DNA of 64,000 bases from Chloroflexota bacterium. Lineage in GTDB: Bacteria; Chloroflexota; Anaerolineae; Anaerolineales; Villigracilaceae. A model generated the notes under the pieces. It had not been told where the DNA came from and did not search any database. It was given only the letters and a program-made list of their open reading frames with translations. The stretch is from assembly GCA_016219545.1 (NCBI GenBank), contig JACRMH010000041.1, positions 69,297-133,296 of the forward strand, in the 5' to 3' direction. Positions within the stretch are counted from its first letter, which is position 1; every line of letters starts with the position of its first letter. This document shows positions 45,999-57,206 of the stretch, in pieces. A program made the position numbers and the translations under genes.

Positions 45999-46727
45999 TT
46001 GGGCGGCTGATAACATTGAGACAGGAATTAAGAGCATGGGTCAAGAATATGATTTCATAAGGCTCGGTGAGTATTCGACACTTCTATGTAGCTACAGTTG
46101 GCTAGAGGTCGAGACCTATTTAATAAGTAATCTTGAAGAACAAGATTACAACAGCGAAGTACTGTTCAAGACCCTACTAAGCCACAAGCTATATCATCGA
46201 TCCTTCCAAACTGCGAAGGCATTAGAAAAGCCATCTGATATCCATGGTCCATTTGAAATTATGAAGCTTCGTCCAGATAGTTTTAAGCAAATTACTCTTG
46301 AACAATTTTCTGGGAAAACGGATGAGCTCATCCATTCAAGGTGTGAGCTTGTTTCAAAAGCTGATGAGATTGATATTGCCAGGCAAGCTGAAACACGGTG
46401 GTTGCTCAATAAACTTCCAAAAGAGTTTGCTGACTACTATGAGCTTAGTATTCTTCGTGAAGACGAAAAATATCGCCATGAATTTTGGTGGGTTCTTACG
46501 GTTTTTCACGAGTTCATAATCGTTGAACGTTCGACAAAAAAGCTTTATATATGCGTTATAGGTTCAGATTAATCTCTTCGGCAAGGCTGCTTTATGAAAC
46601 ACTGCCCAACACAGTATGCACCCGACTGGTGGGAGTCTGCGCGTTTTCAGGCACTTTTCGTGGCTTGAGCTTGGTTCCGGTAAAATGGCGTTGTCTCGTT
46701 CTACCCACCAGCGGCTAACGCAAGCCG
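45999..46727 (+). mobile_element. Solitary integron gene cassette (one ORF plus attC)
   Basis: Starts G/TTGGGC, ends in an attC-like element whose inverse core is GCCCAAC. Confidence 0.7.
46036..46572 (+). CDS. Hypothetical cassette-encoded protein
   Basis: AT-rich ORF with AGGA ribosome-binding site; no family recognised. Confidence 0.7.
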   Translation: MGQEYDFIRLGEYSTLLCSYSWLEVETYLISNLEEQDYNSEVLFKTLLSHKLYHRSFQTAKALEKPSDIHGPFEIMKLRPDSFKQITLEQFSGKTDELIHSRCELVSKADEIDIARQAETRWLLNKLPKEFADYYELSILREDEKYRHEFWWVLTVFHEFIIVERSTKKLYICVIGSD

Positions 46728-46733
46728 TTATTG
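46604..46733 (+). other. attC recombination site
   Basis: Inverse core GCCCAAC (RYYYAAC), inner arms CTGGTGGG / CCCACCAG, crossover at G/TTATTG. Confidence 0.7.
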
Positions 46734-46788
46734 GACTATCAGGGGTTTAGCCCCTGATGAGCGAAAAAAATTCAATTAAAGGATCAAC

Positions 46789-47496
46789 ATGACAGGTACA
46801 TTTATCAATGTCGCCGCCATTCTCATCGGCGGGACGATCGGCTTACTTTTTGGCTCACGCATTCCTGAACGATTTAAGAACACGGTCATCGCGGGCATGG
46901 GACTCTTCACTGCGGCCATGGGCTTGCAGATGTTCTTCAAAAGCGAGAATCAATTGATCGTGCTGGGCGCGTTGATCATCGGCGCCATGCTCGGTGAATG
47001 GATCGGGATCGAAGACTGGCTGCAATCCTTCGGGCAGACTCTTGAAAAGCGCTTCTCCCGTGACGCGGAGACTGGCGCCAGTTCAAGGTTTGTACGCGGC
47101 TTTATGGTTTCCTCCCTGCTGTATTGCATCGGTCCCATCGCCATCCTCGGTTCCATCCAAGACGGCTTGACCGGCGACTACAAATTGCTGGCCGTGAAAT
47201 CCACATTGGATGGATTTGCGTCCATTGCATTCGCATCCACTTTGGGCGTAGGGGTGCTGTTCTCTTCCATTATCATTCTTGTATATCAAGGCGGAGTCAG
47301 CCTTTTGGCACATCAACTCAATGCCATTGTCACCGACCCCATGATGGCCGAAATGACAGCCACCGGCGGCGTGATCTTGATGGGCGTGGCCTTCAATAAT
47401 TTGCTGGAAATCAAGAAGATGCGCGTGGGAAATTTCCTGCCTGCGCTAGCTGTCGCTCCGCTGATCGTGTGGGGGTTGAGTTTGTTGCAGAAATAA
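46789..47496 (+). CDS. DUF554 family membrane protein
   Basis: GTFINV, LYCIGP.AILGS.QDG, KSTLDG, NFLPAL. Confidence 0.9.
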   Translation: MTGTFINVAAILIGGTIGLLFGSRIPERFKNTVIAGMGLFTAAMGLQMFFKSENQLIVLGALIIGAMLGEWIGIEDWLQSFGQTLEKRFSRDAETGASSRFVRGFMVSSLLYCIGPIAILGSIQDGLTGDYKLLAVKSTLDGFASIAFASTLGVGVLFSSIIILVYQGGVSLLAHQLNAIVTDPMMAEMTATGGVILMGVAFNNLLEIKKMRVGNFLPALAVAPLIVWGLSLLQK

Positions 47497-47573
47497 AAAG
47501 GGCAGCCACGGATTTCACAGATTTCACAGATTTTTAAAACCAAATCCTCAAAATCTGTAGCACAAAAGATATA

Positions 47574-47606
47574 AAAAACAGCCTGATGATGCAGGCTGTT
47601 TTTTTT
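47574..47606. terminator. Bidirectional intrinsic terminator
   Basis: AAAAAACAGCCTG-loop-CAGGCTGTTTTTTT between convergent DUF554 and tRNA genes. Confidence 0.8.
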
Positions 47607-47609
47607 GTG

Positions 47610-47681
47610 TGACCCCGGGCGGGCTCGAACCGTCAACAAATTGCTTAAGAGGCAACTGCTCTGCCATTGAGCTACGGGGCC
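47610..47681 (-). tRNA. tRNA-Lys (anticodon CTT)
   Basis: GGCCCCG/CGGGGTC acceptor stem, GTTGC-CTCTTAA-GCAAT anticodon arm, GGTTCGAGCC T-loop; CCA not encoded. Confidence 0.93.
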
Positions 47682-47715
47682 GTTTTATAACGGTATGGCT
47701 TTATTCGCGGACGGT

Positions 47716-47743
47716 ATTATACCGCAAAGGAAATGAGTGTCAA
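47716..47743 (-). promoter_or_regulatory. Consensus sigma70 promoter for tRNA-Lys
   Basis: TTGACA-N16-TATAAT. Confidence 0.8.
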
Positions 47744-47785
47744 CAATTTTTTGTCAGGCAACATAAATGTCGCGCTACATAGAAA

Positions 47786-48139
47786 CTACGGATACTTCTC
47801 CTTCACAAGCGGACTTTCCAGCAGCCAGCCGGTCAGAAGTGTATATCCGGCCACCACGCCGAGGATGACCGCCGAGGCTGTCCAGGAGCGTCCTTCATAA
47901 ATTCGCTGCTGGATGATGTCATTCAGCGCAAACAGCCAAATGATCGCGGCAATGACGGTCATTGACTGAACGGTTATCAGACTCCAGCGCTTCTTGATGA
48001 GCAAAAGAAAGGGCGCGGTCAGAGAAAGTAACATGAAGATTAAATCTCCATATCGCAGAAAATGCGCCGCGACTAAGATTGCAGATAAGGCTAAAAGGGA
48101 TATTCGTAGTTTCATTTTGTTCTCTTTCATTCGCATCAT
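47786..48139 (-). CDS. Small membrane protein (start uncertain)
   Basis: Hydrophobic ORF with AAHFLR motif. Confidence 0.65.
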   Translation of the reverse strand: MMRMKENKMKLRISLLALSAILVAAHFLRYGDLIFMLLSLTAPFLLLIKKRWSLITVQSMTVIAAIIWLFALNDIIQQRIYEGRSWTASAVILGVVAGYTLLTGWLLESPLVKEKYP

Positions 48140-48145
48140 AAATTG

Positions 48146-48243
48146 ATGTCGTTGCGAGGAGCGCTCTTGCTCCTTTGCGACGAAGCAATCTCACTTTATT
48201 AGGAGACTGCTTCGGCAAAATCAAGAGCGCCTCGCAGCGACAT
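48146..48243. repeat. REP-like palindrome, uninterrupted copy
   Basis: ATGTCGTTGCGAG...GAAGCAATCTC / GAGACTGCTTCG...CTCGCAGCGACAT. Confidence 0.8.
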
Positions 48244-48258
48244 TTATTATGGCGAGGG

Positions 48259-49584
48259 TTATGATGGAAAAATCTTATCAAACACTTCGGGACAATACTT
48301 CTGCACCATTTCGGAGGAGATGCCATTCTCTTTGCAGATCTCAGCATACAGGTCAACAGAAGGGCGGCGGATCCGTTTTTGCGTATCGAGATCAAGCCCC
48401 CAGAGACCGAAGCGCTGAGTCCAGCCGCGCTCCCATTCAAAGTTGTCCACGAGTGACCAGTGGAAGTAGCCCTTCACCGGCCAATTGAAGTTGACCGCGC
48501 GCCAGATCTGATGAAGATGCTGAACCATATAACGCGGACGCATGTGGTCGTCTGAATCTTCCACGCCGTTCTCGGTGATAATGATGGGCGTATGCGGATA
48601 CAAGCGCTCAGCCCATTTGATGGAAGTGAAAATCCCTTCGGGGATGTTCGCGATGAATTTGTTGGCGCTCATATCAGCATCTTTGGGATAGCCGCTGTTC
48701 GAGAACAATTCATCAGGCTTGGTGATGTCAAACCAGACCGTGTCCACGGAATAATAATTGAGTCCAAAATAATCCTGAGTGCCTTTGGCTTCGGGGATGT
48801 TCTGATTGCCAAGTGGAGTTTTCATCACGCCTGTTGAAATTGCGGACGGAAATCCCATGTTGAGTCCGTTATAGCGGATGTTGCGCATGAGTCTATCCAA
48901 TGGTGACCAGTTCGTGCGCGGGACCATCGGGCGATAATGCAAAGCATAACCTACGCGCGCTTCGGGTTGCAATTCATGGATGGCGCGATACGCGGCGACA
49001 TGTCCGCGAACCATGTTGCCCAGCACGCGCATGGATAATTTAAAATCTTTTTTTCCGGGCGGGAACGCCCCCGCAACATAGCCGCTCATTACATACACAT
49101 TTGGTTCGTTGATTGTGCACCAGAGCGAGACGTATTCCTTCAACGCATCTACAATTTTGCGAACGTATTTATCGAAAAACGGCACGATGTCTTCGTTCTC
49201 CCAGCCGCCGCGTTCACTGACCCAAAGCGGATCGCTGAAATGATGCAGGCTGACCAGTGCGGTCATGTTGCGTTCTTTGAGTCCGCGCAGCATGGCGCGA
49301 TATTTTTCGATGGCTTCTTCATCCCAGGTATCGGGCGTCGGTTGGATGCGGCTCCACTCCACCGAAAAACGATGCGCGTTCTGCCCGGTCTCGGCGGCGC
49401 GGTCGAAGTCCTCCCGCCAGCGGCCGCCCCACCAATCGGCGGCCAGACCAGATGTCCCGTCGGTATGACCGTCCTGTTCCCACTTCCACCAATTATTATT
49501 TGTGTTGCCGCCTTCCACCTGATGTGAAGCCGTCGCCGTCCCCCATAAAAATCCTTTTGGAAAATGATAGGTTGCTTGAGGCAT
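48259..49584 (-). CDS. GH1 beta-glucosidase
   Basis: FLWGTATASHQVEG, TINEP, ITENG, WSLVDNFEW. Confidence 0.95.
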   Translation of the reverse strand: MPQATYHFPKGFLWGTATASHQVEGGNTNNNWWKWEQDGHTDGTSGLAADWWGGRWREDFDRAAETGQNAHRFSVEWSRIQPTPDTWDEEAIEKYRAMLRGLKERNMTALVSLHHFSDPLWVSERGGWENEDIVPFFDKYVRKIVDALKEYVSLWCTINEPNVYVMSGYVAGAFPPGKKDFKLSMRVLGNMVRGHVAAYRAIHELQPEARVGYALHYRPMVPRTNWSPLDRLMRNIRYNGLNMGFPSAISTGVMKTPLGNQNIPEAKGTQDYFGLNYYSVDTVWFDITKPDELFSNSGYPKDADMSANKFIANIPEGIFTSIKWAERLYPHTPIIITENGVEDSDDHMRPRYMVQHLHQIWRAVNFNWPVKGYFHWSLVDNFEWERGWTQRFGLWGLDLDTQKRIRRPSVDLYAEICKENGISSEMVQKYCPEVFDKIFPS

Positions 49585-49618
49585 GGTTTCTCCGATAGGG
49601 GCGCAATATATTGCGCCC

Positions 49619-50344
49619 CTACGAACGATTCAAATATGCAAGATACAACGCCACCGACCCCGCAACGGCCGCGTTCAATGATTCGATTTTGCCCTTCATG
49701 GGAAGTTTCAAAACAACGTCACATTTTTTGCGGACGAGATCGTGCAAGCCTTCGCCCTCAGAACCGACGACGAGACCGAGCGCACCTTTGAGATGACGAG
49801 ACCCCGCCTCTATCTCCGCTCCGGCTTGATCCAGCCCGACGATCCAGATGTCATTGTCTTTGAGCGCGTCAATCGTCTGGGACAGGTTCGCCTGCGCGAT
49901 GAGCATGTGCTCGCTCGCGCCCGAAGAAGCATTGACCACAGCCGGAGTCACATCTACCGTGCGCGCAGACGGGATGACCACGCCATGCACGCCAAGCGCT
50001 TCCGCCGTGCGGATGAGTGTGCCGAAGTTCTGGGGGTCTTGCAAAGAATCAAGCAGGAGGATGAAAGGCAGTTCGCCATTGGCATGTTCGAGGATGTCGA
50101 GCACATCCGAGTACGGGTATCCACTGACCTCGGCCACGATGCCCTGATTGTTCTGATGCACCTTGTCCAACTTGGGACGCGGCACGCGGCTGATTTTAAT
50201 TTTCTGCTGCTGCGCCAGTTTGATGATCTCGGTGATCTTGCCTTTTTCCTGAACCCCTTCGGCGATCTCGATCGAGAATATCTGCCTGCGCTTTGCGCTC
50301 AGGGTTTCATAGACTGCATTGCGGGAATAGATGAGTTCTTTCAT
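49619..50344 (-). CDS. rlmB: 23S rRNA G2251 2'-O-methyltransferase
   Basis: QDPQNFG, GSEGEG, ESLNAAVAG. Confidence 0.93.
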   Translation of the reverse strand: MKELIYSRNAVYETLSAKRRQIFSIEIAEGVQEKGKITEIIKLAQQQKIKISRVPRPKLDKVHQNNQGIVAEVSGYPYSDVLDILEHANGELPFILLLDSLQDPQNFGTLIRTAEALGVHGVVIPSARTVDVTPAVVNASSGASEHMLIAQANLSQTIDALKDNDIWIVGLDQAGAEIEAGSRHLKGALGLVVGSEGEGLHDLVRKKCDVVLKLPMKGKIESLNAAVAGSVALYLAYLNRS

Positions 50345-50512
50345 GATGAGGTTGATTTTACTTGATAAATAAATTGGGGATGTCTATTTACTCAAACATA
50401 GTTAGAATATAAATATGGCTATAATTTCAACAAGTAATGATATACCTCATACAAAACAAATAATTGGCAATGTCAAGCCGAATTGGGCGGCCTTTCGATC
50501 AGAGATATAACC

Positions 50513-51832
50513 ATGCCTTATCCATTTCATATTCTAAACAATAAAAAATTACTTGCATCTTCACATGATGTTGAAACATTTATACGACATGCTTTGGGAC
50601 AGCAGTTTTTTATTATTGAAAAAATATGCCTTGATGAAACAAAAATACGGTATCACCTTCAACTTTGGAAACGTGATGTAGCGCTTGACCGTTATATGCT
50701 TGATGACAAAATAGGTAAAGTCTATTGGGGTGGAATTGAAATTATTGAATGGAGTGATTCGACTGAAATAGTTCGTATGTGGGTAGCTACACCCGAAGAT
50801 TGGTATATAGGCGAATTTACCCTTGATAAAGATAAAGAAATGGAAAAGCGATTTGAACAATTAGAAAAACTAAGCAATGAAATTTTAGGACATTTCACCC
50901 AACCTGCCAATGAGAACCAAGTCGAAGTGTCTAAAAAGATGGAGATGTCAATGTCTAACAGTTCTGAACAGAATAGTAATGACACAAAACGAAATGTTTT
51001 TGTTGTTCATGGACGCAACGAGTCCTTGCGGCGCTCTATATTCGATCTTTTACGGGCAATCGGATTAAATCCTATTGAATGGACAAAAGCAATTGCTATG
51101 ACTGGAAAAGGCGCTCCATATATTGGCGATGTATTGGACAAGGCAATGGAACAGGCTCAAGCAATAGTTGTTTTGTTTACAGGGGATGATGAAGCCAAAT
51201 TAAAAGATGAATTTCAAAATGAACATGATCCTGATTACGAGAAGCATTTAACTTCACAAGCTAGACCAAACGTACTTTTTGAAGCCGGAATGGCGTTTGG
51301 AAAATATCCAGAAAGAACAATTTTGATTCAAATCGGATCAATCCGTCCATTCAGCGATATTGCAGGACGTCATATTATTCACCTCACAAATTCCGTACAA
51401 GCTAGGCAAGAATTGGCTTCAAGACTAGAAACTGCAGGATGTTCTGTGGATTTGAAAGGAACAGATTGGCACTCCGCTGGAAAGTTCTCAATTCCGAGAG
51501 ATAAGAAGGTACATAAGAAAGAAGCTAGTCTTAAGCATGATATCAAGCAGTCAGTATCACTTGTTGAAAAAGTAGCAAAAGAAAACAACATGCCCGTAGG
51601 AGCTATTAATATCTTAATAGCTTTGACATATGTACCCAGAAGTATGGATGGTCAGGTTTTAGTTGATGTTTTGGCGCAAGCAACAGGAATTAATCCTCTA
51701 CGTGCCAAGAAGGATTGTGAGTTATTAGAGTCGATAGGGTTTGCAAAAAAAGGCAATGTAAGGTTTGAAGAGATTTACTATCATATAACTGATAGAGGCA
51801 AAATCTTTTTACTGGAAACTGGTTTAGTATGA
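50513..51832 (+). CDS. TIR-like (CAP12/Pycsar-type) nucleotide-binding protein with an unknown N-terminal domain and a winged-helix-like C-terminus
   Basis: VFVVHGRN, FTGDD, ARPNVLFEAG, FSDIAG; AT-rich. Confidence 0.8.
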   Translation: MPYPFHILNNKKLLASSHDVETFIRHALGQQFFIIEKICLDETKIRYHLQLWKRDVALDRYMLDDKIGKVYWGGIEIIEWSDSTEIVRMWVATPEDWYIGEFTLDKDKEMEKRFEQLEKLSNEILGHFTQPANENQVEVSKKMEMSMSNSSEQNSNDTKRNVFVVHGRNESLRRSIFDLLRAIGLNPIEWTKAIAMTGKGAPYIGDVLDKAMEQAQAIVVLFTGDDEAKLKDEFQNEHDPDYEKHLTSQARPNVLFEAGMAFGKYPERTILIQIGSIRPFSDIAGRHIIHLTNSVQARQELASRLETAGCSVDLKGTDWHSAGKFSIPRDKKVHKKEASLKHDIKQSVSLVEKVAKENNMPVGAINILIALTYVPRSMDGQVLVDVLAQATGINPLRAKKDCELLESIGFAKKGNVRFEEIYYHITDRGKIFLLETGLV

Positions 51833-52010
51833 TTTACAAAACTTCCGAAGCCAACGCCTCGGAAGTTTTTATAACCCATGTACCAATTCCCAATTTCCCA
51901 TCCCCACCCCGCGACTTTTTAGGCTGATTAGCGACTAATGTATATATCTGTGCCCGCCACAATTGGATCGAAGCCGTCTGTTTTAGCAGGCCGTTCCATG
52001 GAGTTGTTTT

Positions 52011-52415
52011 ATGTCGTATTCGCATTCATCGCCTGCCAGGATATTTATTTTGGGAAATGGTTCATTGCTGGACGAGGGCGTTACCAATATACTGTCCCTC
52101 CACCCCCAATTGAGCGTGACCAATTTCTCATACACAAATGATAATACGTTATATGATCTTGTGAATCTTGAACGTCCGAATACGATCTTTATAAACGAAT
52201 CTAACGCGCTTGATATAGGGCACATTATTGGATTGATCTTTTCCGTTCCTTCAGCCTCTGTCAGATGCGTTATTGTTGTCCATTCTGAAAATAGCATGCT
52301 CGATGTATATTACAGACCCGCAACGCGCCTCCCTGTGACAATGTATCGGAGGAAGTCTGTGATGGTGGATACAAAAGAGGAATTTATCAATCTTGCGCTT
52401 GATGTTTCCTGTTAG
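52011..52415 (+). CDS. Hypothetical protein, degenerate receiver-like fold
   Basis: RIFIL...LLDEGV..IL...ERPNTIFIN pattern; flanked by palindromes. Confidence 0.5.
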   Translation: MSYSHSSPARIFILGNGSLLDEGVTNILSLHPQLSVTNFSYTNDNTLYDLVNLERPNTIFINESNALDIGHIIGLIFSVPSASVRCVIVVHSENSMLDVYYRPATRLPVTMYRRKSVMVDTKEEFINLALDVSC

Positions 52416-52564
52416 CCTGAGTTTTCATCTAAAGGATTGCTAACTTTTTAATTAATTGGGCTGTCAAAAAACACTGCCTGTGCAGAATCAAAAAGGACTT
52501 CCGAAGCCAAAGCCCCGGAAGTCCTTTTTACTTATCACTTTTTACTCGTTACTCATTCCCCAAC

Positions 52565-53962
<1,398 letters not shown>

Positions 53963-53969
53963 GGGCGTT

Positions 53970-54066
53970 TAGTCTCGTGGTCGGGTGGTTGGATAGTCGA
54001 GTGGTCGATGGTCGGATGGTCGGGTAGTGGACTACTTGACTACCTGACTATGAAACTACAAGACTA
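53970..54066. repeat. Inverted arrays of degenerate 7-8 nt units (GTGGTCG / GACTAC)
   Basis: Periodic units followed by their complements. Confidence 0.6.
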
Positions 54067-55140
54067 TTTCTTCTTCTTCGCCAACGCCTCTTCATCCACG
54101 CGGCCAAAGATCATACGGCCGGCGGCGGTCTGCAAAACCTTGGTGATGTTCACATCCATGTACTCGCCGATGTAGTCCTTGCCGTTCTCCACCACTACCA
54201 TCGTGCCGTCTTCCATATAGCCCACACCCTGGCTGTGTTCCTTGCCTTCCTGCATGATGTTAATGCGCAACGCTTCGCCCGGCAATACAACAGACTTGAC
54301 CGCGTTGGCCAGTTCATTGATGTTGAGCACGGTCACGCCTTGCAGTTCGGCGATGCGGTTGAGGTTGTAGTCGTTGGTCAATACGGGACTCTTAAGCTGC
54401 TTGCCCAAAACGACGAGTTTATCGTCCACTTCGCGCACGCCTTCCACGTTGATATCGGAAATGCGGACGAGAATGTTCGGGAGCTTTTGCAGTTCGGCCA
54501 ACACTTCCATGCCGCGGCGTCCGCGCTGACGGCGCATACCGTCCGGGGAATCCGCTATATATTGAAGCTCGTTCAGCACAAAGCGTGGAATGAGAAGCGT
54601 GCCGGGCAGGAAGCCGGTCTTGGCGATATCCGCCACACGCCCGTCAATAATGACACTTGTATCCAGTAAGATGTTGCGGTTGAGGTTTGTCCAAGATGAT
54701 GACCCCCCGCCTTCGGTCTTCCCGCTCAGGGCGCTGAGCAGTCCCATAATATCGCCCTGACGCATCTCGAAAAGCGAGATGCTCAAGTAGGAAAAGATCA
54801 GAACACCGACGAAAGGCAATACCTCGCCGAAGGGGTTGGGCAGAAGTGAAAGCGGAAAAGCCAATAACGCCGCGATCATCAGCCCCACGATCAGTCCCGT
54901 CAACCCGGCAAACAGGCTCTCAGCCGACATGCGCCCAAGCATTGAACGCATGGCGCGCGCCGGGCGGGTGGTGACATAAGGCGTGAACAATAGTCCGCTC
55001 AAAGCGCCGAGCAGTCCCAGCCCCAGTACGTAACCGACGGTCTCTTCTGGAATAGGTCTTGAAAGATTGTATCCCCAGTAACCACCCGTAATGGATAAGA
55101 CGAGCATTCCGATAATTCGAACAATAAATTCGTAACTCAT
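54064..55140 (-). CDS. Membrane PIN/TRAM domain protein (YacL-like)
   Basis: LDTSVIIDGR, RGRRG, TNDYNL, DGTMVVVE, LQTAAGRMIF. Confidence 0.93.
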   Translation of the reverse strand: MSYEFIVRIIGMLVLSITGGYWGYNLSRPIPEETVGYVLGLGLLGALSGLLFTPYVTTRPARAMRSMLGRMSAESLFAGLTGLIVGLMIAALLAFPLSLLPNPFGEVLPFVGVLIFSYLSISLFEMRQGDIMGLLSALSGKTEGGGSSSWTNLNRNILLDTSVIIDGRVADIAKTGFLPGTLLIPRFVLNELQYIADSPDGMRRQRGRRGMEVLAELQKLPNILVRISDINVEGVREVDDKLVVLGKQLKSPVLTNDYNLNRIAELQGVTVLNINELANAVKSVVLPGEALRINIMQEGKEHSQGVGYMEDGTMVVVENGKDYIGEYMDVNITKVLQTAAGRMIFGRVDEEALAKKKK

Positions 55141-55254
55141 AATAACTCCTTGTGATAAAAAAATAAAAGATAAGTGGCGATGATAGCACGGGTACCACCC
55201 ACCGTCAATTGCCCCAATCGAGCTCTTATATTGTTGTTATAATCCACAAAACCT

Positions 55255-56235
55255 ATGGCTATAGACCGTTTTGGAAGAAACATTCATTATTTGCGTATCA
55301 GCCTCACCGATCACTGCAATCTGCGCTGCATTTATTGTATGCCCGAGGACATGACCTTCCGTCCCAATGCAGACCTGATGCAGGACGATGAGATCCTCGC
55401 CTTTACGCGCCTTTTTGCCAGCCTCGGCTTCGACAAGATCCGTTTGACTGGAGGCGAGCCGACAGTCCGCGCCAATATCGTGGACATCGTGCGCGGTATC
55501 TCCGCCACCGAAGGCATCCGCTCGGTCTCCATGACGACGAACGGGCTCCTGTTAAAGAAGCTGGCTCAACCCTTGGCAGACGCCGGACTTCAACGAGTCA
55601 ACGTCAGCATAGATACGCTCGACCCGGCCAAGTTCAAACGCCTCACCCGCTGGGGCAAACTCGAAGAAGTTTGGGAAGGCATTCTCGCCGCAGAAAACGC
55701 CGGGCTGACTCCTATAAAACTTAACGCAGTAGTCGTCAAAGGTTATAACGAAGAAGATGTTGTTGACCTTGCCGCTCTTACCATTGAACATCCCTGGCAG
55801 ATGCGCTTCATCGAAATGATGCCCTTCGCCGGCGCAACCGACCTGCAGATCAATCAGGTCATCACGATGAAGCAAATTCAAGAGACCATCGAATCCGAAT
55901 TCGGTCAGTTGGAAAGCGCCAACGGCGGAAAGCTGGATGGCGAAGCGCAGGTCTTCCACATCCCGGGTGCGAAAGGTGACGTCGGTTTCATATCCTCGGT
56001 CACCCATCCATTCTGCTCGGCCTGTACACGCGCCCGCCTCACATCCGATGGAAAATTGCGCCTGTGCCTTTTGCGCGAAAAAGAAGTGGACCTGCTCACG
56101 CCCATGCGCGCCGGCGCCACCGAAGAAGAATTACGCCGACTCCTGCTTGACGGCGTTTGGGAAAAACCCTGGGGACACGGCCTCGCGGACGGTGTCATCC
56201 CATTGAATCGTATTATGAGTGAAATTGGAGGATAG
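55255..56235 (+). CDS. moaA: GTP 3',8-cyclase
   Basis: CNLRCIYC, RLTGGEP, FCSACTR, C-terminal MSEIGG. Confidence 0.97.
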   Translation: MAIDRFGRNIHYLRISLTDHCNLRCIYCMPEDMTFRPNADLMQDDEILAFTRLFASLGFDKIRLTGGEPTVRANIVDIVRGISATEGIRSVSMTTNGLLLKKLAQPLADAGLQRVNVSIDTLDPAKFKRLTRWGKLEEVWEGILAAENAGLTPIKLNAVVVKGYNEEDVVDLAALTIEHPWQMRFIEMMPFAGATDLQINQVITMKQIQETIESEFGQLESANGGKLDGEAQVFHIPGAKGDVGFISSVTHPFCSACTRARLTSDGKLRLCLLREKEVDLLTPMRAGATEEELRRLLLDGVWEKPWGHGLADGVIPLNRIMSEIGG

Positions 56236-56242
56236 CCCGATA

Positions 56243-56968
56243 GTGAAGAAGATCAAAGCAGTATTGTTCGACCTCGACGGCACGCTTCGTCATCACATCC
56301 CCTCAGGCGGGGATGTTTTTATGGAATACGCCAGAAGCCTCGGCCTGCAAATTTCGGAAGAAGACAGCGTCCGTGCCCAGCATTGGGAACATTTTTATTT
56401 TGCCAGTTCGCTTGAAATCCACAAAGATTCAGAAACATTCAAGGCAGATCAAAAAGGCTTTTGGGTAAATTTCGCAAAACGGCTTCTGGTGGCGCTTGGC
56501 GCTCATCCAACACAAGCCGCCGAAATTGCCCCGAAGGTTTCAGCCTACATGGATGAATTCCATAAGCCGGAAGTCCATGTGCCGGAAGATGCCTACACAC
56601 TTTTGGAGTCTTTACGATCATCGAATTACATCCTCGGCGTGGTATCGAATCGCGAGAAACCATATCCCGAAGAATTGAAGAAGATCAAAATTGACGGTTA
56701 CTTGAAATTCTCACTGGCGGGCGGAGAAGTTAATTCCTACAAGCCGGACGGGGTCATCTTTAAGCGCGCCCTGGAACTTTCCGGCACATCGGCAGACGAG
56801 ACCATGTATGTCGGCGACAATTATTTTGCGGATATTATCGGTGCGCGTCGCGCCGGGCTGACGCCTGTTCTCTACGACCCGACCAATATCTTCCCCGACG
56901 AAGATTGCGCGACCATCAAGTCCTTTGACGCATTACGTGAATTGTTAAATGATGAGACCCTGAAATAA
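56243..56968 (+). CDS. HAD-family hydrolase
   Basis: FDLDGT, VSN, KPD, VGDN..DI.GA. Confidence 0.9.
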   Translation: MKKIKAVLFDLDGTLRHHIPSGGDVFMEYARSLGLQISEEDSVRAQHWEHFYFASSLEIHKDSETFKADQKGFWVNFAKRLLVALGAHPTQAAEIAPKVSAYMDEFHKPEVHVPEDAYTLLESLRSSNYILGVVSNREKPYPEELKKIKIDGYLKFSLAGGEVNSYKPDGVIFKRALELSGTSADETMYVGDNYFADIIGARRAGLTPVLYDPTNIFPDEDCATIKSFDALRELLNDETLK

Positions 56969-57206
56969 CTCCGAAGGAGTGGAATGACTATAGCTTTGTA
57001 AAATATTGGCGTTGTAAGGGGTGTCATGTTCTTTACAAAAGCCATATCATCCCTTCGGGATTGAGTATTGGGTCAAACAAGTTAAAGAAATAACCAAATT
57101 ACGTCAGCCATCAATACCGCGAATTCATAAACGAATTCGCGGTAATCGCGTTAAAATGGAAGTGGATATTTTGTAGTTATAAAAGGAAATCAAAAAGGAG
57201 CTACAC

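Noticed and set aside
47610-47681. Prophage or genomic island integrated at tRNA-Lys
   Set aside because: No integrase and no duplicated tRNA 3' end seen in the window
50513-52415. Complete CBASS, Pycsar or Thoeris operon
   Set aside because: Only a TIR-domain gene is present; no cyclase or ThsA-like partner
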